From the NCBI RefSeq assembly GCF_003696305.1, contig NZ_RFFK01000003.1, forward strand, positions 83,887-107,886: a stretch of DNA of 24,000 bases, in the 5' to 3' direction. The notes beneath the pieces were generated by a model that ran no database searches, had not been told where the DNA came from, and saw only the letters and a list, made by a program, of their open reading frames with translations. Origin of the DNA: Pseudomonas sp. AOB-7 (GTDB lineage: Bacteria; Pseudomonadota; Gammaproteobacteria; Pseudomonadales; Pseudomonadaceae). The stretch's first letter is position 1; each line of letters begins with the position of its first letter. Below, piece after piece: positions 23,171 to 24,000 of this stretch. Position numbers and translations under genes: made by a program.

Positions 23171-24000
23171 ATGACCCAGGTACTGGCGTGCATCGACGGT
23201 TCCCTGTCGTCCCCGGCGGTGTGCGACTACGCCGCCTGGGCCAGCCTGCGTCTGGGCGCGCCGCTGACCCTGCTGCATGTGCTCGACCACAAGCAGTACC
23301 CGCCGCGCAGCGACCTGTCCGGCAATATCGCCCTGGGCAGCCGCGAGCAGCTGCTGCAGGAACTGGCCGAACTCGACGAACGGCGCAGCAAGCTGGGGCT
23401 GGAGCAAGGTCGCCTGGCCCTGGAGGCGGCCAGGGAACGCGCCCAGCGCGACGGCGTGGCCAACCCGCAGCTGCGTCAGCGCCATGGCGATCTGGTGGAC
23501 AGTCTGCGTGAGCTGGAGAACGACATCCGTCTGCTGGTGATCGGCCGCCAGGGCGAGACCAGCGACGCGATCAGCCAACTGGTCGGCAGCCAGCTGGAAA
23601 GCGTGATCCGCACCCTGCACCGGCCGATTCTGGTCAGCCCCGGCCAGTTCCGGGCGCCGCGCAGCCTGATGCTGGCCTACGACGGCAGCGCCACCTGCGA
23701 CAAGGGCGTCGACCTGCTCGCCGCCAGCCCGCTGTTCCAGGGCCTGCCGATCCATGTGGTGATGGTCGGCGCCGACAGCGACGCCGCTCGCGCCCAGGTG
23801 CAGCAGGCCGAGCGGCGCCTGGTCGCCGGCGGCCATCAGGTGCAGCTGGCGATCCGCGCCGGCGAGGTCGAGCCGAGCCTGCACGACTACCAGACCGAGC
23901 AAGACATCGACCTGCTGGTGATGGGTGCCTATGGTCATTCGCGCATCCGCCAGTTCCTGGTCGGCAGCACCACCAGCCATATGCTGCAGACCAGCGTCAG
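23171..24000 (+). CDS. Tandem-domain universal stress protein (UspA family), 3' end outside the window
   Basis: Not in the ORF track (no stop in the window). My translation from the ATG at 23171, after GAGAGGAG: MTQVLACIDGSLSSPAVCDYAAWASLRLGAPLTLLHVLD... A second domain follows: SLMLAYDGSATCDKGV...DLLVMGAYGHSRIRQFLVGSTTSHMLQ. Confidence 0.88.
   Translation, partial: MTQVLACIDGSLSSPAVCDYAAWASLRLGAPLTLLHVLDHKQYPPRSDLSGNIALGSREQLLQELAELDERRSKLGLEQGRLALEAARERAQRDGVANPQLRQRHGDLVDSLRELENDIRLLVIGRQGETSDAISQLVGSQLESVIRTLHRPILVSPGQFRAPRSLMLAYDGSATCDKGVDLLAASPLFQGLPIHVVMVGADSDAARAQVQQAERRLVAGGHQVQLAIRAGEVEPSLHDYQTEQDIDLLVMGAYGHSRIRQFLVGSTTSHMLQTSV

Noticed and set aside
22913-23980. Upstream part of the 667-aa minus-strand ORF 21977..23980, and ORF 21480..23165 (-)
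   Set aside because: Domain-bearing sequence begins at the ATG at 22912. The extension runs through the intergenic region and antisense to a well-supported USP gene, with a low-complexity translation.
1-24000. Defence island, prophage, integron, transposon or horizontally acquired segment
   Set aside because: I saw no integrase, transposase, phage, restriction, Cas or toxin-antitoxin-like genes, no tRNA attachment site and no obvious compositional shift. The only AT-richer patches are short intergenic repeats and promoter regions.

Overview
High-GC, Pseudomonas-like chromosomal window, inferred from gene content (cioAB, REP-type palindromes) and GC3-rich codons. It is densely coded, with about 26 protein genes. 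I found no rRNA, tRNA, CRISPR array, transposase, integrase, prophage or recognisable defence genes, and composition looks uniform, so this reads as core genome rather than an accessory island. Left to right: (1) the 3' end of a FixL-type histidine kinase plus a FixJ/LuxR response regulator; (2) a convergent periplasmic-SBP/TM/PAS/GGDEF/EAL c-di-GMP protein; (3) a minus-strand run of a NodN/MaoC hotdog gene, then an 11x MORN + C13 (legumain-like) peptidase lipoprotein, an NAD(P)H-binding protein, an acidic hypothetical and a SAM methyltransferase, the last four tightly spaced; (4) an lrgA/lrgB-like pair and a LON N-domain protein; (5) the cyanide-insensitive oxidase genes cioA-cioB followed by a 46-aa membrane ORF missing from the ORF track; (6) a thiolase divergent from a FabG4-like 451-aa SDR, then an AraC regulator and a double-hotdog MaoC dehydratase; (7) a MazG-like gene overlapping cmoM; (8) two tandem DUF4136 lipoproteins, a GNAT, a YdcZ/DUF606 transporter, an SdiA-regulated-domain protein and the 5' part of a tandem universal stress protein. 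The signal least explained by genes is an intergenic ~143-bp nested-palindrome element. It has two full copies, one hairpin-only form and one decayed copy, and its stems differ between copies by compensatory changes around a nearly invariant 27-nt apex. Most long antisense ORFs in the track are high-GC shadow frames. All family calls come from motifs read by eye; no database search was run.
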